From Pristiophorus japonicus (taxonomy: Eukaryota), in NCBI RefSeq assembly GCF_044704955.1, contig NC_091999.1, positions 21,762,001 to 21,826,000 on the forward strand: DNA of 64,000 bases, in the 5' to 3' direction. The notes below the pieces were generated by a model that was not told the origin of the DNA, searched no databases, and was given only the letters and a program-made list of their open reading frames with translations. Positions 36,632 through 51,130 of the stretch are shown here, one piece after another (the first letter of the stretch is position 1; each line of letters opens with the position of its first letter). The position numbers and the translations under genes were made by a program.

Positions 36632-38020
36632 CGTGGTTGGAAAAATGTTGGATTCCATTATTAACGAAGAAGTAGCTGGACATTTGGAAAAACAAAATTC
36701 GGTCAGGCAGATGCAGCATGGATTTATGAAGGTGAAGTCATGTTTGACAAATTTGCTGGCGTTCTTTGAGTATGTAGCGAACAGGGTGGATAAAAGGGAA
36801 TCAGTGCGTGTGGTGTATTTGGTCTTCCAGAAGGCATTTGACAAGGTGCCACATAAAAGGGTACTACACAAGATAAAAGTTCACGGGATCGGGGGTAATA
36901 TATTAGCATTGACAGAGGATTGGCTAACTAACAGAGAACAGAGAGTCGGGATAAATGGTTCATTCTCTGTTTGGCAACGAGAAACTATGGGGTGCTGCAG
37001 GGATCAGTGCAGGGACCCCAACTATTTACTATCTCCATTCACAGCTTGGAAAAGGGACTGAGTGTAACGTAGCCAAGTTTGCTGATGATAAAAGGATTGG
37101 AGGAAAAGCAATGTGTGAGGAATATACACACTATCTGCTAAAGGACATAGACAGGTTACGTGAATGGGAAAAAATTTGGCAGATGGAGTATAATGTTGGA
37201 ATATGTGAGGTCATGCACCTTGCAGAAAAAAAAATCAAACAGCATGTTATTATTTAAATGGAGAAAGATGGCAACGTGCCTCCGTACAGCGGGACGTGGG
37301 GGTACTTGTGCATGAAACACAAAAGGATAGTATGCAGGTATAGCAAGTGATCAGGATGGCCAATGGTATCTTGGCTTTTATTGCAAAGGGGATGGAGTAT
37401 AAAAGCGGGGAAGTCTGCTAGAGCTATATAAGGTATTGGTGAGGCCACACCTGGAATACTGCATGCAGTTTTGGTTTCCTTATTTATGAAGGATAAAATT
37501 GCTTTGGAGGCAATTCAGAGAAGGTTCACTCAGTTGATTCCGTGGATGAGGGGGCTGACTTATGAGGAAAATTTGAGTCGGTTGGCCCTCTACTCATTGG
37601 AATTCAGAAGAATGAGAGGTGATCTTATCGAAACGTATAAGATTATGAGGGGGCTTGTCAAGGTGGATGCAGAGAGGATGTTTCCACTGATGGTAGAGAC
37701 TAGAACTAGAGGGTATGATACTAGAATAGTTTTCATCTCATGAAAAACTGAGATGAGCACAAATTTCTTCTCTCAGAGGGTGGTAAATCTGTGGAATTCC
37801 CTTCCTCAGAGAGCTGTGGAAGCTGGGACGTTGAATACATTTAAGACAGAAATAGACAGTTTCTTAAATAATAAGGGGATATGGGTTTATGGAGAGCGGG
37901 TCCGGAAGTGGACCTGAGCCCATGATCAGATCATCCATGATCTTATTGTAGAGCGCAGCAGGCTCGAGGGACCGTATGGCCTACTCCTGCTCCTCATTCT
38001 TATGTTCTTATGTTCTTATA
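36632..38020 (+). mobile_element. CR1 LINE insertion shared by copies 4 and 5
   Basis: VGKML.SII.E.VAGHLEKQ start, (ttcttatg)n tail followed by aatttactaaatctcctc. Confidence 0.95.
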
Positions 38021-39367
38021 ATTTACTAAATCTCCTCGCAAACTTCTCGGCTGTAAGGAGAGCAGCCCGAGATTATCCAGTCCCTCCACATAATTATAAT
38101 CCCCATCCCTGATACATTTCCAGTAAATCTCTTCTGCACCCTAGCGAAAGTCTTCATGTCCTTCCTAAAGTGTGCTGGCCAGAATTGGACACAATACTCC
38201 AGCTGGGGCCGAACTCGTGTTTATAGTCATTCATCCCTGGTACCAATCTGGTAAATCTTCCCTCACACTTCTCTGCTGTAAGGAGAACATCCCCAGCTTC
38301 TCCAAATCTGTCCGTGTAGCGAGAGCTTGCATCCTACCGTCCGGTACACACAATGGCAGCGAGCTCCAGGCGGGCACTGACCCGTCCTCAACAGCGAGAA
38401 AGGGGAGGAAAAATGAGCGGCTGAAGTCGATGATGCGTTAAAAGAATTTCTAAAATGATTATCTGTTTTTTTAATTACATAACGGAAAAATATCCTGACT
38501 GCCCTGTCTAGAATTTCTATCCAGTGCCACTTCCCCAGCCACTCCCTCTCCGGAAATGTTGCCATTTTATTTCTTGTCAGTTTTTTGGGGGGATGGTATT
38601 AAATATAAATATTAGCCATCGCTCTCTCTCTTATTTGTTGATATATATTAAAGCTCGGTGAAGGAATTGGGTGCAGAAAATTCCATCTGAGGAATACTCA
38701 TCGATGGGAGCAGAAAAACTGCAAAGGAAAAAAATAATAATCGGTTGAGCTGAGGGAGGGATGGAGGGGGGGAGAAGTGGAGCAAGGGAGGGGTGGCATG
38801 TTCGAGGGGTGAGAAATGGACGGAAGGAGGGAGGGATGGTTGCAGGGAGGGAGAGTTTGATGGAGGGAGTGATGGAGGGAGGGAGGGAAGGAGAGACAGG
38901 TGGAGGATAGAAGGGATGGAGGGAGGAAGCGATGAAGGGAGGGAGTGAAGTAGAGTCGGGTGGAGTGTGGGAGGGATGGAGGGACGGAGTGATGGAGTAT
39001 ATGTCAATTTACCCGAACAAAATTCTTATTGATTTTGAGCACCTCTATTAAATGGCCCATAACCTGCTCGGCTCCAAGCAGAACAGTCCCAGCTTCCAGC
39101 TACTCTGATAGTGCATCTGACACAGTGTAAAACTACAGTGTAATCGGTGAGTCCTTGTGCTTCAGGCACTTCCAGATGTTCCTTGCGTATTCGCTGACAC
39201 TTTTACATAGATCCAGTGGAAATTCCAGTGTGGGAATGACATCCCAGGCAAGATAGGAGAACTCGTCCCTGATAATAAACGGACCGGAGTAAGACTGGGC
39301 TCAGGCCCTGAACTTCAGACACGATGAGCTGAATGGCAATATTTTAAAATACATGCTGTTATATGGT

Positions 39368-39820
39368 CGAGCCTCGGCTCAGTGGGATCACTGTCACCTT
39401 TGATTCAGAAGTTCAGATACTAAACTCTACTCCAGTGACCTGAGCCCATAATCTATGCCGACACGTCCGGTGCCAGTACTGAGGGAGTGCAGCACGGTCA
39501 GAGGTGCTGTCGTTCAGGACAGACATTAAACTGATTCCTCTTCTTCCCACTCAGGTGGATTTAAAGGTCTCATGGCACTATGTTAAAGTGCAGATGAGTT
39601 CTCCAGGGTTCACAGCGCGAATGTTTATCCCTTAACCAACATCTGAAAAATAGATGATCTGATCATTATTTCATTGCTGTTGGTGGGATCTTGATGTGCA
39701 CCAATTGGCTGCCACACTTCCTACATTACAACAGTGACTAAACTTCCAAAGTAATTCATTGTCTGTAAATCATTTTGGGATATCATTAGATCATGAAAGG
39801 CGCTATATGAATGCAATGTG
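39368..39820 (+). mobile_element. SacSINE1/DeuSINE-type SINE (unit copy 4)
   Basis: Same sequence and flanks as other copies. Confidence 0.9.
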
Positions 39821-42800
39821 TATCTAAATATCAACATTTCAAAATACAAGTTGCAATATGTTAAATGCTCAGATAATCCTGTGATTGTCGGCACTCCTCT
39901 GGTTACTGGTTTAAATTATTTAGTTTCAGTTAGTTAAATCTTCCATTAAATTGAGATGCAGTGGAATAACAGCCTGTTCAGAGATGTTCCACTGATTTCA
40001 GCAACATACCTTTAAGAACTGAATTATTCATTTAAATATTTATTCCCTTTGATATAAATCACATCTGTTGCAATTGAACAAAACTGAAGTTAACGTCATT
40101 GTTCGACATATTTCTACTTCTGTCAATATTCTTAAAATAAGCCATTGTTGTGAGTTGAGCCCAATCAATAAGTGACTATGTTGATCTGATTTTGCTGCCA
40201 TGGACATTTCATGGCCAGCAGTGAGGCGTTTATGTAAATAAACACAGAAATAGAAATCCCAGATTAGAGCATTGAGCAACAGAGACACAATAAAAGTTTC
40301 CCCACCAACAAAACATAGAAATAAAGACAGAGAGAAATGCAAATCTCTCAACAGATTCCAGCAACAATTGTTTTTTGGTACATTTCTCTAAATTATAGGA
40401 GAATAAAGTAAAGATGATACCCACGGACAGAATGGGGAAAGATTGCTTCTCATCAGCATTTACAGCAACATCACAAAGGTGATAGTGGAGATTTGTGTAT
40501 CCTCTGCCTCTCAATTTTCCATTTTCCTCCTATCTCTTAAGAATGGATCATTGACATTCCCCCACAACTAGATGTCAACATCTAACAAAAGATTTCCTTC
40601 AGCCATAAGGATCTGCCTCGGACCAAATTGATTGGAGTGCACAGAGGGGGTTTTAGTCCAAAATGTGACCTGTGCATTAAATGGCATGGGAGTTTTTGAT
40701 GGGACAGTTTAGAGGTATCTTTACTCTGTATCTGACACATGCTGCACCTGCCCTGGCAGTGTGTGATGGGACAGTATAGAGGGAGCATCACTCTGTCTCT
40801 AACCCGTGCTGTTATTGTTCTGTGCAAGTGTGATGGGACAGTATAGTTGGAGCTTTACTCTGTATCTGACACATGCTACATCTGCCCTGGGAGTTATATG
40901 TCTAGAGCAGTAATACCTGACACTGCGTGTAGTGTAATATAAAGAGAGACATATTCTCGTGCAGTAATAACGGTAACAGGGTCTAGTCTAATATAAAAAA
41001 GAGACATGTTCTAATGCAGTAATGTTAAAGGATGGAGCTACTGTAATATAAGCAATGTCCTTGTCTAGTTTAATATAAACAGAGACAGGATCTTTTGTAA
41101 TCGGAACAAATGCAAGGCCTATTCCATTAATATCTGAGACAGGGCCTAGTACAATATTAATAGTTCAAATGCAGTACGAACAGAGGTAGTGGCTAGTACT
41201 GTAATGACTGATACAGGGATATTGTTTATTGGTTCCTGACATGTGGGTGTGGGTGTCGCTGGCAAGGCCAACATTGAATGTATTTTCCTAATTGGCATTG
41301 AGAAGCAGTTGGTGAGCTGCCACCTTGAACCGCTGCAGACCTTGTGGAGAAGGTACTCACACAGTGTTAGGGACGGGGTTTAAGAATTTGGCCGAGTGTC
41401 TATGAAGGAAAGATAATACATTTCAAAGCCAGATTGGTGTGTGATTTGGAGGGGTACGTGGAGATGATGGTGTTCCCATGAGCCTGCTGCCCTTGTCCTT
41501 CTATGTGGAAGAAGTCGTAGATTTGGAAAGTTCTGTCGAAGATGTCTTGGCGAGTTACTGCAATGCATCTTGTGGATAGTAATCACTGCAGACATGGTAC
41601 GCCGGTGGTGAAGGGAGTGAATATTTAACATGGTGTGTTGGGTTATATAAACTGGAACAGTGTCTTGTGTAGTTATAACTGAGGACAGGCTCTGGTGTAT
41701 TATAGAATCATAGAATGGTTGCAGCACAGAAGAGGGCCATTCGGCCTTTATAACCCGTGTCGTTCTCTGCAAGAGAATTTGAACAAGTCCAGTCCTCCGT
41801 CCTTTCCCGTAGCCATGTGAATTTTCTTCCTTCAAGTACCTATCCAATTCCCTTTGGAATGCCATGATTAAATCTTCGCCCACCGCCTTTCAGGCATTGC
41901 ATTTCAGATCATAACCACTCGCTGCATACAAACGTTTTCCTTATGTCGCCTTTGGTTGTGTCAATCACTTTAAATCTGTGTCCTCTGTTCTCGACCCTTC
42001 TGCCAATGGGAAAAGTTCATCTCCAGCTACTCTCTCGAGACCCCTTATGATTCTGAACACCTCATTCAAATCTCACCTCAAACGTCTTTGCTCTAAGGAG
42101 AACAACCCCAGCTTCTCCTGACTAGACCACATAACCGAAGTACCTTATCCCTGGAACCACACGTTAATATTTTCTGCACCCTCTCTAAGGCATTCACATC
42201 CTTCCTAAAGTGCGGTGCCCAGAATTGGACACAATATTCCAGTTGAAGCCTAATCAGTGTTTTTTACAGGTTCTACATAATTTCCTTGCTTTTGTATTCT
42301 ATGCCTCTATTTAGTAAGCACATGCTCCCATATGCTTTTTAAACCAATTTCTCAATCTGCCCTGCCACATTCAATGATTTATCCACATATAGCCTGAGGT
42401 CTCTGTGTTCATCATACCCTTTAGAATTGTACCCTTTGGTTCATTTTGGCTCTCCTCGTTCTTCCTACCAAAATGTATCACTTCAAAATTTTCTGTGTTT
42501 CATTTTCCAGGCATCCGTCTATTCTACCAGCAAGTCTACATCTGTTTGAAATATATAATAACCCTCCTCACTGTTCACTATACTTCCAAGCTTTGAGTCA
42601 TCTGCAAATATTAAAATTGTGCCCTTACACCCAATATAATTCATGAATATATATCAAGAAAAGCAGTGTTCCTCGCACCAACTGCTGCAGAACACCACTG
42701 TATAGCTTCCTCCAGTCCAAAAAAAAACACTGCTCTCTGATTCCTGTCACTCAGTCAATTCCATATCCAGGCTGCCACTGTCCCTGTTATGCTATGGGTT

Positions 42801-44129
42801 TCAACTTTGCTGGCACGGATATTATCAAGGCACTTTATCAAACACCTTTTCTAAGTCCACCACATCAACGATATAAACTGAGCCTGGGTCTAGTGCAGTA
42901 ATGAGAGAAACAATTAGTCAGGTAATTACATATATACTAACCTCATGCCAGGTACAGGTGCAGTTTCATGTTTACCATCACTTGCACCAATCATCATATA
43001 CTTGAGGTGTATATCAGGAGATTCTGTGTGATGGTGAATGATTGTTGGATAATAAAGCGCAGAGACTGGTGGCTGGCTGCTCATTATCCTCGATGTAATT
43101 TAATCCCTTTTCCCACTGAATACAGCGGACAGACATGTTCACCTTGGTAAGGGAATCGTCAGTGTGACATCAGTCTCTAAAGTAGAGCGTGCAAGACAAT
43201 GTGTTATCAATAAATGTTAAAGGTATTAAACGATCGGCAATTAGCTGTTGAATAAAATAAAATGCTGAAAAATAATGGTTGAAGATAATCATTTAACATT
43301 GTGGAATGTTCTTGCACACATTATAATTTGTACATACACACACATACAAACATGTACATAAACACACACACATACACACACACATATACATACACATATA
43401 GAAAATACTTTGTGTGTTCTCTTTTCAGTTGATCGTCTTAGCCAGATGAGAGATTGAACTCCGGTGGATATTGGGAGCCTGCAGCCGCCCATCCGGCGGT
43501 GTTGTGAGATCACGGTTCCAGGCTCGGTCTGACACAATCAGTGGGTCACGTGAAAGCTCAAAAGAAAATACTGCAGGAAAAACAATCCTTAACATTAAAG
43601 AACTGGGAGCAATTGGCACAGGAGAAGACAAGTGTGAATTAGTGACCTTTAACACACAGGGTGCCACTAAGTAGTGTAAAGTGCAGTGAATTGCTCACCT
43701 TCAGTCCTGTCCCTCAATCCCAGTCCATCTCTGGGAGATTGTTACAAGATTCACCCCATCCTCTCAACACAAATATTACCCATACAATACCAGATCAATA
43801 CGACATTACACAAAACTACTGTTAGCTATTAACGAAATTAAACTGATGTTCCAACCAAAAAAAAGTATTGCATCCTCCTATCGACACACATAAATATCTT
43901 TATTTATAGTAATATCTATCCACCGTCTATATAGCTTCTGTCTCTCTAACAGACGCATGGCAAAAATAACTATCTGTTGTACAATAAATAGATATATAGT
44001 CCCTGGAGAGGGAGTTCATCCCAAAACTATCTGAGACCGCGGAGAAAGTGAGACACCCTGAGCCTCAGTTGACACAAACAGACATTGTCTTATGAAGTCA
44101 ATGGATACATGGCCCAGTTTAACATAATT

Positions 44130-44478
44130 GCAGACAGGGTCTAGTGTAACAGAAAGAGAGACAGGATCTAGTGTAATATAAAGAGAGACAGGGTCGAGTG
44201 TAATATAAAGAGAGACAGGGTCTAGTGTAAGATAAAGAGATACAGGGTCTAGTGTATATAAACAGAGACAGGGTCTAGTGTAATATAAGGAGAGACAGGG
44301 TCTAGTGCAAAAGAAACAGAGACACGGTCTCGTGTAATACAAACAGAGACAGGGTCTAGTGTAATATAAACAGAAACAGGGTCTAGTGTAATTTAAATAG
44401 TGACAGCGTCTAGTGTAATATGAACAGAGGCAGCGTCTAGTGTAATTTAAGAGAGACAGTGCCAAGTGTAATGTAAGC
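44130..44478 (-). repeat. 27-bp minisatellite
   Basis: Explains ORF 44016-44480 (YTRPCLCLY / LDPVSLYIT repeats). Confidence 0.9.
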
Positions 44479-47400
44479 AAAAGAACATTAGAAATCTGAA
44501 CAGGAGTGGGCCACCTCGAGCCTGCTCGCCATTGAATAAGATCATGGCTGATCTGATCATGGACTCAGGTGCATTTCCCTGCCCGATCCCAATAACCCTT
44601 TATTCTCTTAGAAACATAGAAACATAGAAAATAGGTGCAGGAGTAGGCCATTCGGCCCTTCTAGCCTGCACCGCCATTCAATGAGTTCATGGCTGAACAT
44701 TCAACTTTAGTACCCCATTCCTGCTTTCTCGCCATACCCCTTGATCCCCCTAGTAGTAAGGACCTCATCTAACTCCTTTTTGAATATATTTAGTGAATTG
44801 GCCTCAACAACTTTCTGTGGTAGAGAATTCCACAGGTTCACCACTCTCTGGGTGAAGAAGTTCCTCCGCATCTCGGTCCTAAATGGCTTACCCCTTATCC
44901 TTAGACTGTGACCTCTGGTTCTGGACTTCCTCAACATTGGGAACATTCTTCCTGCATCTAACCTGTCTAACCCCGTCAGAATTTTAAAAATTTCTATGAG
45001 GTCCCCTCTCATTCTTCTGAACTCCAGTGAATACAAGCCCAGTTGATCCAGTCTTTCTTGATAGGTCAGTCCCGCCATCCCGGGAATCAGTCTGGTGAAC
45101 CTTCGCTGCACTCCCTCAATAGCAAGAATGTCCTTCCTCAGGTTAGGAGACCAAAATTGTACACAATACTCCAGGTGTGGCCTCACCAATGCCCTGTACA
45201 ACTGTAGCAACACCTCCCTGCCCCTGTACTCAAATCCCCTTGCTATGAAGGCCAACATGCCATTTGCTTTCTTAACCACCTGCTGCACCTGCATGCCAAC
45301 CTTCAATGACTGATGTACCATGACACCCAGGTCTCTTTGCACCTCCCCTTTTCATAATCTGTCACCATTCAGATAATAGTCTGTCTCTCTGTTTTTACCA
45401 CCAAAGTTGATAACCTCACATTATCCACATTATATTTCATCTGCCATGCATTTGCCCACTCACCTAACCTATCCAAGTTGCTCTGCAGCCTCACAGCATC
45501 CTCCTCGCAGCTCACACTGCCACCCAACTTAGTGTCATCCGCAAATTTGGAGATACTACCTTTAATCCCCTCATCTAAATCATTAATGTACAGTGTAAAC
45601 AGCTGGGGCCCCAGCACAGAACCTTGCGGTACCCCACTAGTCACTGCCTGCCATTCTGAAAAGTATCGCTCAAAGATCTTTCTATCTCCGCCTTAAATAT
45701 ATTCAATCACCTAGTCTGCAAAACTCTCTGGGGCTGAAAATTCCATAGATGTACATACCTCTGAGCGAAGAAATTCCCCGTTAGTTCAGTTTCAAAAGTG
45801 CAGCTTGTTTTTCTGAGACTATGTCCCCTAGTTTTATTTTCCCCTATGAGTGGAAGTATCCTTTCTGCATCCACAATGTCGAGTGCCTTCATTATCTTAT
45901 AATTTGCAATAAGATCACCTTTCATTCTTCTGAACTCCAATTTTTATTGGCCCAACCTACTCACACTATCTTCATAATTCAACACCCTCATCTCCGGAAT
46001 CAACCTTCAACGGAATGCCTCCAATGCAGGTATATCCTTCCTTAAATACAGAGGCTAATACTGGACGCAGTACTCTAGATGTGGCTTCACCAATATCCTG
46101 TCGAGTTTTGCCCATTCACTTAGTCTGTCCATATCCCTTTACAGGTTATTGGTGTCCTCCTCACAATTTTCTTTCCCACCCTTCTTTTTATCATCTGAAA
46201 ATTTGGCTATATTATACTGGGTCCCTTCATCCAAGTCATTACTATCGATTGTAAATATTTGAGATTCCACCACCGATCCCTGCGGCATACCACGAGATAC
46301 TGTTTGCCAATCTGAAATTGACCCATTTATCCCGACCCTCCGATCTGTTAGTGAGCCAATCCTCTATCCATGCCAATATATTGCCTTCAAACCCGAGAAC
46401 TTTTATCTTGTGCAGTAAACTTTTATGTGGCACCATATCGAATACCTTCTGGAAATCCAAATACGCTATATCCACTGGATCCCCCTAATTCACCCTGCTC
46501 GTTTCATCCTCAAAGATCTCCAGCAAAGTTGTCAATCATGTCGTCCCGTTCATGAAACCATGCTGATTCTGCTTGATTGTATTTTGCTTTTCCAAATGTC
46601 CCGCTACTGCTTCCTTAATGGTTTTCAGCATTGTCCCAATGACAGATGTTCCGCTCACTGGTCTATAGTTTCTTGCTTTTTGTCTGCCTATTTTTTAAAA
46701 TAGGGGCACTACATTTGCAGTGTTCCAATCCGCTGAGACCGCCCCAGAATTCAAGGAAGTTTGGTAGATTACAACCAAAGCATCCACTATCTCTGCAGCC
46801 ACTTCTTTTAGGGCCATAGGATGTAACCCATCAGGCCTTGGGGACTTGTCCGTCTTTAGTCCCATTATGTTACCGAGTACAACTTCATTAGTAATAGTGA
46901 TTGTAATAAATTCCTCCCTCCATATAGCCCCTTGATTTTCCACAATTTGGATGTTTTTAGTGTCTGCTACCATGAAGACCGATACAAAATATTTGTTCAA
47001 CGTTTCTGTCATTTCCCTGTTCTCCATTATTCGTTCCCCAGTCTCATCCGCTTGATAACCAACATTTACCTTAACCGCTCTTTTGCTTGTTATGTACCTG
47101 TAGAAACTCTTACTATCTGTTTTTATATTTCGCGCTAGTTTACTTTCATAATCTATCTTCCCTCTCTTCATCATTTGTTTCGTTGTTCATTGCTGGCTTT
47201 TAAAAGTTTCCCAGTCCTTTGGCCTCCCACTAGTCTTGGCCACACTGTATGCCTTTATTTCCAATTTGAAACCATCCTTATTTCCTTAGTTAGCCACGAA
47301 TGGTTATCCCCTCTCTTACAGTCTTGCCTTCTCATTGGGATGTATTTTTGTTGCGAGTTATGAATTATCTACTTAAATGTCTGCCACTGCTCATCAACCA

Positions 47401-47549
47401 TCCCATACTTTTATCTATTTTCCTAGTCCGCTTTAGCCACAACTGCCCTCATACCTTTGTAGGCTCCTTTATTGAAGCTTTGGACAGTGGTTTGAAAATC
47501 AACTCTCGCGCTCTCCAACTGAATTTGAAATTCAACCGTGTTATAGTCA
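44479..47549 (-). mobile_element. CR1 LINE linking units 4 and 5, interrupted by a younger CR1
   Basis: NIKTDSKSFYRY, DKSP.PDGLHP, YLDFQK.FD motifs. Confidence 0.92.
44611..45663 (-). mobile_element. Young CR1 LINE nested in older CR1
   Basis: (AGAAACAT)n tail; uninterrupted 211-aa ORF 44707-45342; GVPQGSVLGP, FADDTK; host sequence ttattctctta|tatcgctc rejoins across it. Confidence 0.95.
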
Positions 47550-47980
47550 TTCATAGATTAGTATGGCACAGAAGGTGATAATTCAGCCCACAGAGTCTGC
47601 GCCGGCTCTTTCGAAGAACAATCCAGTTACTCCCACTCCCGTGCACTTTCCCTATATCACTGCATTTTTTCCTCCTTGTAGTATTTGTACAATTTCTTTT
47701 TGAAGGAAACTATTGAATCTATATCTACCACCCTACCAGGCAGTACAATACAAATCTTAACCAGTGGTTGCATAGAAAATTGCGTCCAAATATCGCCTCT
47801 GGTTCTTTTGTTAATCACCTTACATCTGAAACAGTTTCTAGTTATTTACTCTATCTAAACCGTTGATGAATTTAAACAGATCTATCAAATCTCCTCTTAG
47901 ACTTCTCTCCTCCAAGGAGAACAATCCCATATTCTCCACTTTCTACATATTAACTGAAGTCCCTCATGCCTGGTAATAAT

Positions 47981-49360
47981 ATTGGTTGGGAAAATGTCGG
48001 AGTTCATTATTAAAGAAGCAGTAGCAGGACATTTGGAAAAGCAAAATTCGGTGAGGCAAAGTCAGCATGGATTTATGAAGGGGAAGTCATGTTTGACAAA
48101 TTTGCTGGAGTTCCTTGAGTATGTAGCGAACAGGGTGGATAAAGGGGAACCATTGGATCGGGTGCTTTGGACTTCCAGAAGACATTTGACAAGGTGCCAC
48201 ATAAAAGGTTACTGCACAAGATAAAAGTTCACGGGGCTGGGGTTAATATATTAACATGGATAGAGGATTGGAGCAAAGAACAGAGAATCAGGATAAATGG
48301 TCCATTCTCTGATTGGCAACCAGTAACTAATGGCATGCCGCAGGGATCAGTGCTGCGACCCCAACTAATTACAATCTACATTAACTACTTGGAGAAGGGA
48401 CTGAGTGTAACGTAGCCAGGTTTGCTGGCGATAAAAAGATGGGAGTAAAAGTAGTGTGTGAGGAGGACACAAGAAATCTGCAAAAAGACATAGACAGGCT
48501 AAGTAAGTGAGAAAAAAATTGGCAGATGGAGTATAATGTTGTAAAGTGTGAGGGCATGCACTTTGGCCGAAAAAAATCCAAGAGCATTATTGTTTAAATG
48601 TAGAAAGATTGCAAAGTGCCGCAGTACAGCGGGACCTGGGGGTATTGTGCATGAAACACAAAAGGACAGTACGCAGGTACAGCAAGTGATTAGGAAGGCC
48701 AATGGTATTTTGGTCTTCATTGCAAAGGGGATGGAGTATAAAAGCAGGTAAGCCTTGCTACAGCTATATAAGGTATTGCTGAGGCCACATCTGGAATACT
48801 GCATGCAGTTTTGGAGTCCATATTTACAAAAGGATATACGTGCTTTGGAGGCAGTTCAGAGAAGATTTACTAGGTTGATTCATGGGATGAAGGGTTTGAC
48901 TTATGAGGAAAGGATGAGTAGTTTGGGCCTCTACTCATTGGAATTCAGAAGAATGAGAGGTGATCTTATCGAAACTTATTAGATTATGAAGGGGCTTGAC
49001 AAGGTGGATGAAGAGAGGATGTTTCCACTGATGGGTGAGACTAGAACTCGAGGGCACGATCTTAGAAGAAGGGGCCACCCATTTAAAACTGAGATGAGGA
49101 GCGATTTCTCCTCTCAGAGGTTGTACATCTGTGGAATTCGCTGCCTCAGAGAGCTGTGGAAGGTGGGATATTGAATAAATTTAAGGCAGAGATAGACCGT
49201 TTCTGAAACGATAAGGGGATAAGGGTCTATGGGGAGCGGACGTGGAAGTGGAGCTGAGTCCATTGTCAGATCAGCCATGATCACACTGAATGGCGCAGTA
49301 GGCTCGAGGGGTCGTATGGCCCACTCCTGCTCCTCTTTATTATGTTCTTATGTTCTTATA
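47981..49360 (+). mobile_element. CR1 LINE insertion shared by copies 4 and 5
   Basis: Same 5' truncation point and 3' flank as 36632-38020. Confidence 0.95.
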
Positions 49361-50676
49361 ATTTACTAAATCTCCTCTTAACCTTTTCTAATCGAAGGAG
49401 AACAGCTCCAGTTTCACCAGTCTCTCCACATAATTTCAATCCCCCATCCCTGATACATTTCCAGTAAATCTCTTCTGTACTCCATCGAAAGTCTTCACGT
49501 CCTTCCTAAAGTGTGGTGCCCAGAATTAGATACAATACTCCAGCTGGGGCTGAACTAATGTTTCTAGTCATTCATCCCTGGTACCAATCTGGTAAATATC
49601 CCCTCACCATTCTCTGCTGTAAGGAGAACAGCCCCAGCTTCTCCAAGTCTGGCCACGTAGTGAGAGCTTCAATCCTACCGTCCCGTACACACAATGAAGC
49701 GAGCTCCAGGCGGGCACAGGCCCGTCCTCAACCGCGAGAAGGCGGAGGAAAAAAGAGCAGCTGAAAGCCGACGATGTCTTGAAATTTTTTTAAATTGTTA
49801 TCTTATTTTTTTTATTTAAAAAAGGAAAGATATCGCGACTGCCCCAACGAGAATTTCTACCCAGTGCCGGTTCCCCAGCCAACTCCCTCTCCTGAAAGGT
49901 AAACATTTCATTTCTTGTCAGTTTTATTTAGCGTGGGGGCTTCAATATATATATTTGCCATCGCGCTCTCTCTTACTTATTAATACATATGAAACCCCGC
50001 TGAAGGAATTGGGTGCAGAAAATTCCAGCTGAGGAATCGTCATCGATGAAGCTGAAACATTGCAAAGGGAACAATAATAATCGTTTGGGCTGAGGGAGGA
50101 AAGAGTGGAGGGTGGAGTGGAACAAGGGAGGGATGAAGTATGGTGGAGTATGGAGGAATGGTGGAGGGATGGACAGAGGGAGGGAGGGATGGCTGCAGGG
50201 AGGGAGCGATTGATGGAGGGATGGATGGAGGTATGAACGGAGGTAAGAATAAAGGGAGAGAAGTAAGGAGAGACGGGTGGAGGGCGAGAGGGATGGTGGG
50301 GGGAGTGATGGAGTATCTCCCAATTTACCCGATCAAAACTCTTCATGATTTCAAACACCTCTATTAAGTGGCCCATAACGCGCTCGGCTCTAAGGAGAAC
50401 AATCCCAGTTTTCAGCTGCTTTGATGGTGCAGCTCACACAGTGTAAAACTCAAGTTCCGTGAGCCCTTCTGCCTAGGGCACATCCAGATGTTCCTTGCGG
50501 AGTCGGTGTCACTTTTATATGGATCCAGTGAAAATACCAGTGTGGGAATGACATCCCGGGCAAGATAAGAGAACTCGCCCTGATAATAAATCGATCAGTG
50601 TAAGACTGGGCGCAGGCACTGAACGTCAGACACGATGAGCTGAAAGTGAACATTTTAAAAAGAAGCTGTGATATGT

Positions 50677-51130
50677 TCAAGCCTCGGCACAGTGGGATGA
50701 CTCTCGCCTGTGATTCAGAACGTCACAGATACTAAACCACATTCCAGAGACCTGAGCCAATAATCTATGCCGACAAGCCCGGTGCCAGTTCTGAGGGAGT
50801 GCTGCACGGTCCGAGATACCGTCTTTCAGGGCAGGCAATAAGATGAGGCCTCATCTTTCTGCTCAGTTGGATTTAAGGGATTCATGGCACTATATTGAAG
50901 AGCAGATGAGTTCTCCAGGGTTTCCAGCGCAAATATTTATACTTCAACCAACATCTGAAAAACAAATTATTTGATCAATATGTCATGCTCTTTGTGGGAG
51001 CTTGCTGTGCACACATTGGCTGCCATGTTTCCTACATTACAACAGTGAGCACACTTCCAAAGTAATTCATTGGCTGTAAAGCACTTTGGGACATCATGAG
51101 GTCAAGAAAGGCACTATATAAATGCAGGGT
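50677..51130 (+). mobile_element. SacSINE1/DeuSINE-type SINE (unit copy 5)
   Basis: Same sequence and flanks as other copies. Confidence 0.9.

Larger units (their letters stand above)
36504..44478. repeat. Tandem segmental unit, copy 4
   Basis: Exon A 38631-38718, exon B 39122-39268 (4-nt insertion), exon D 42942-43176, block E intron 43571-43698. Confidence 0.95.
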
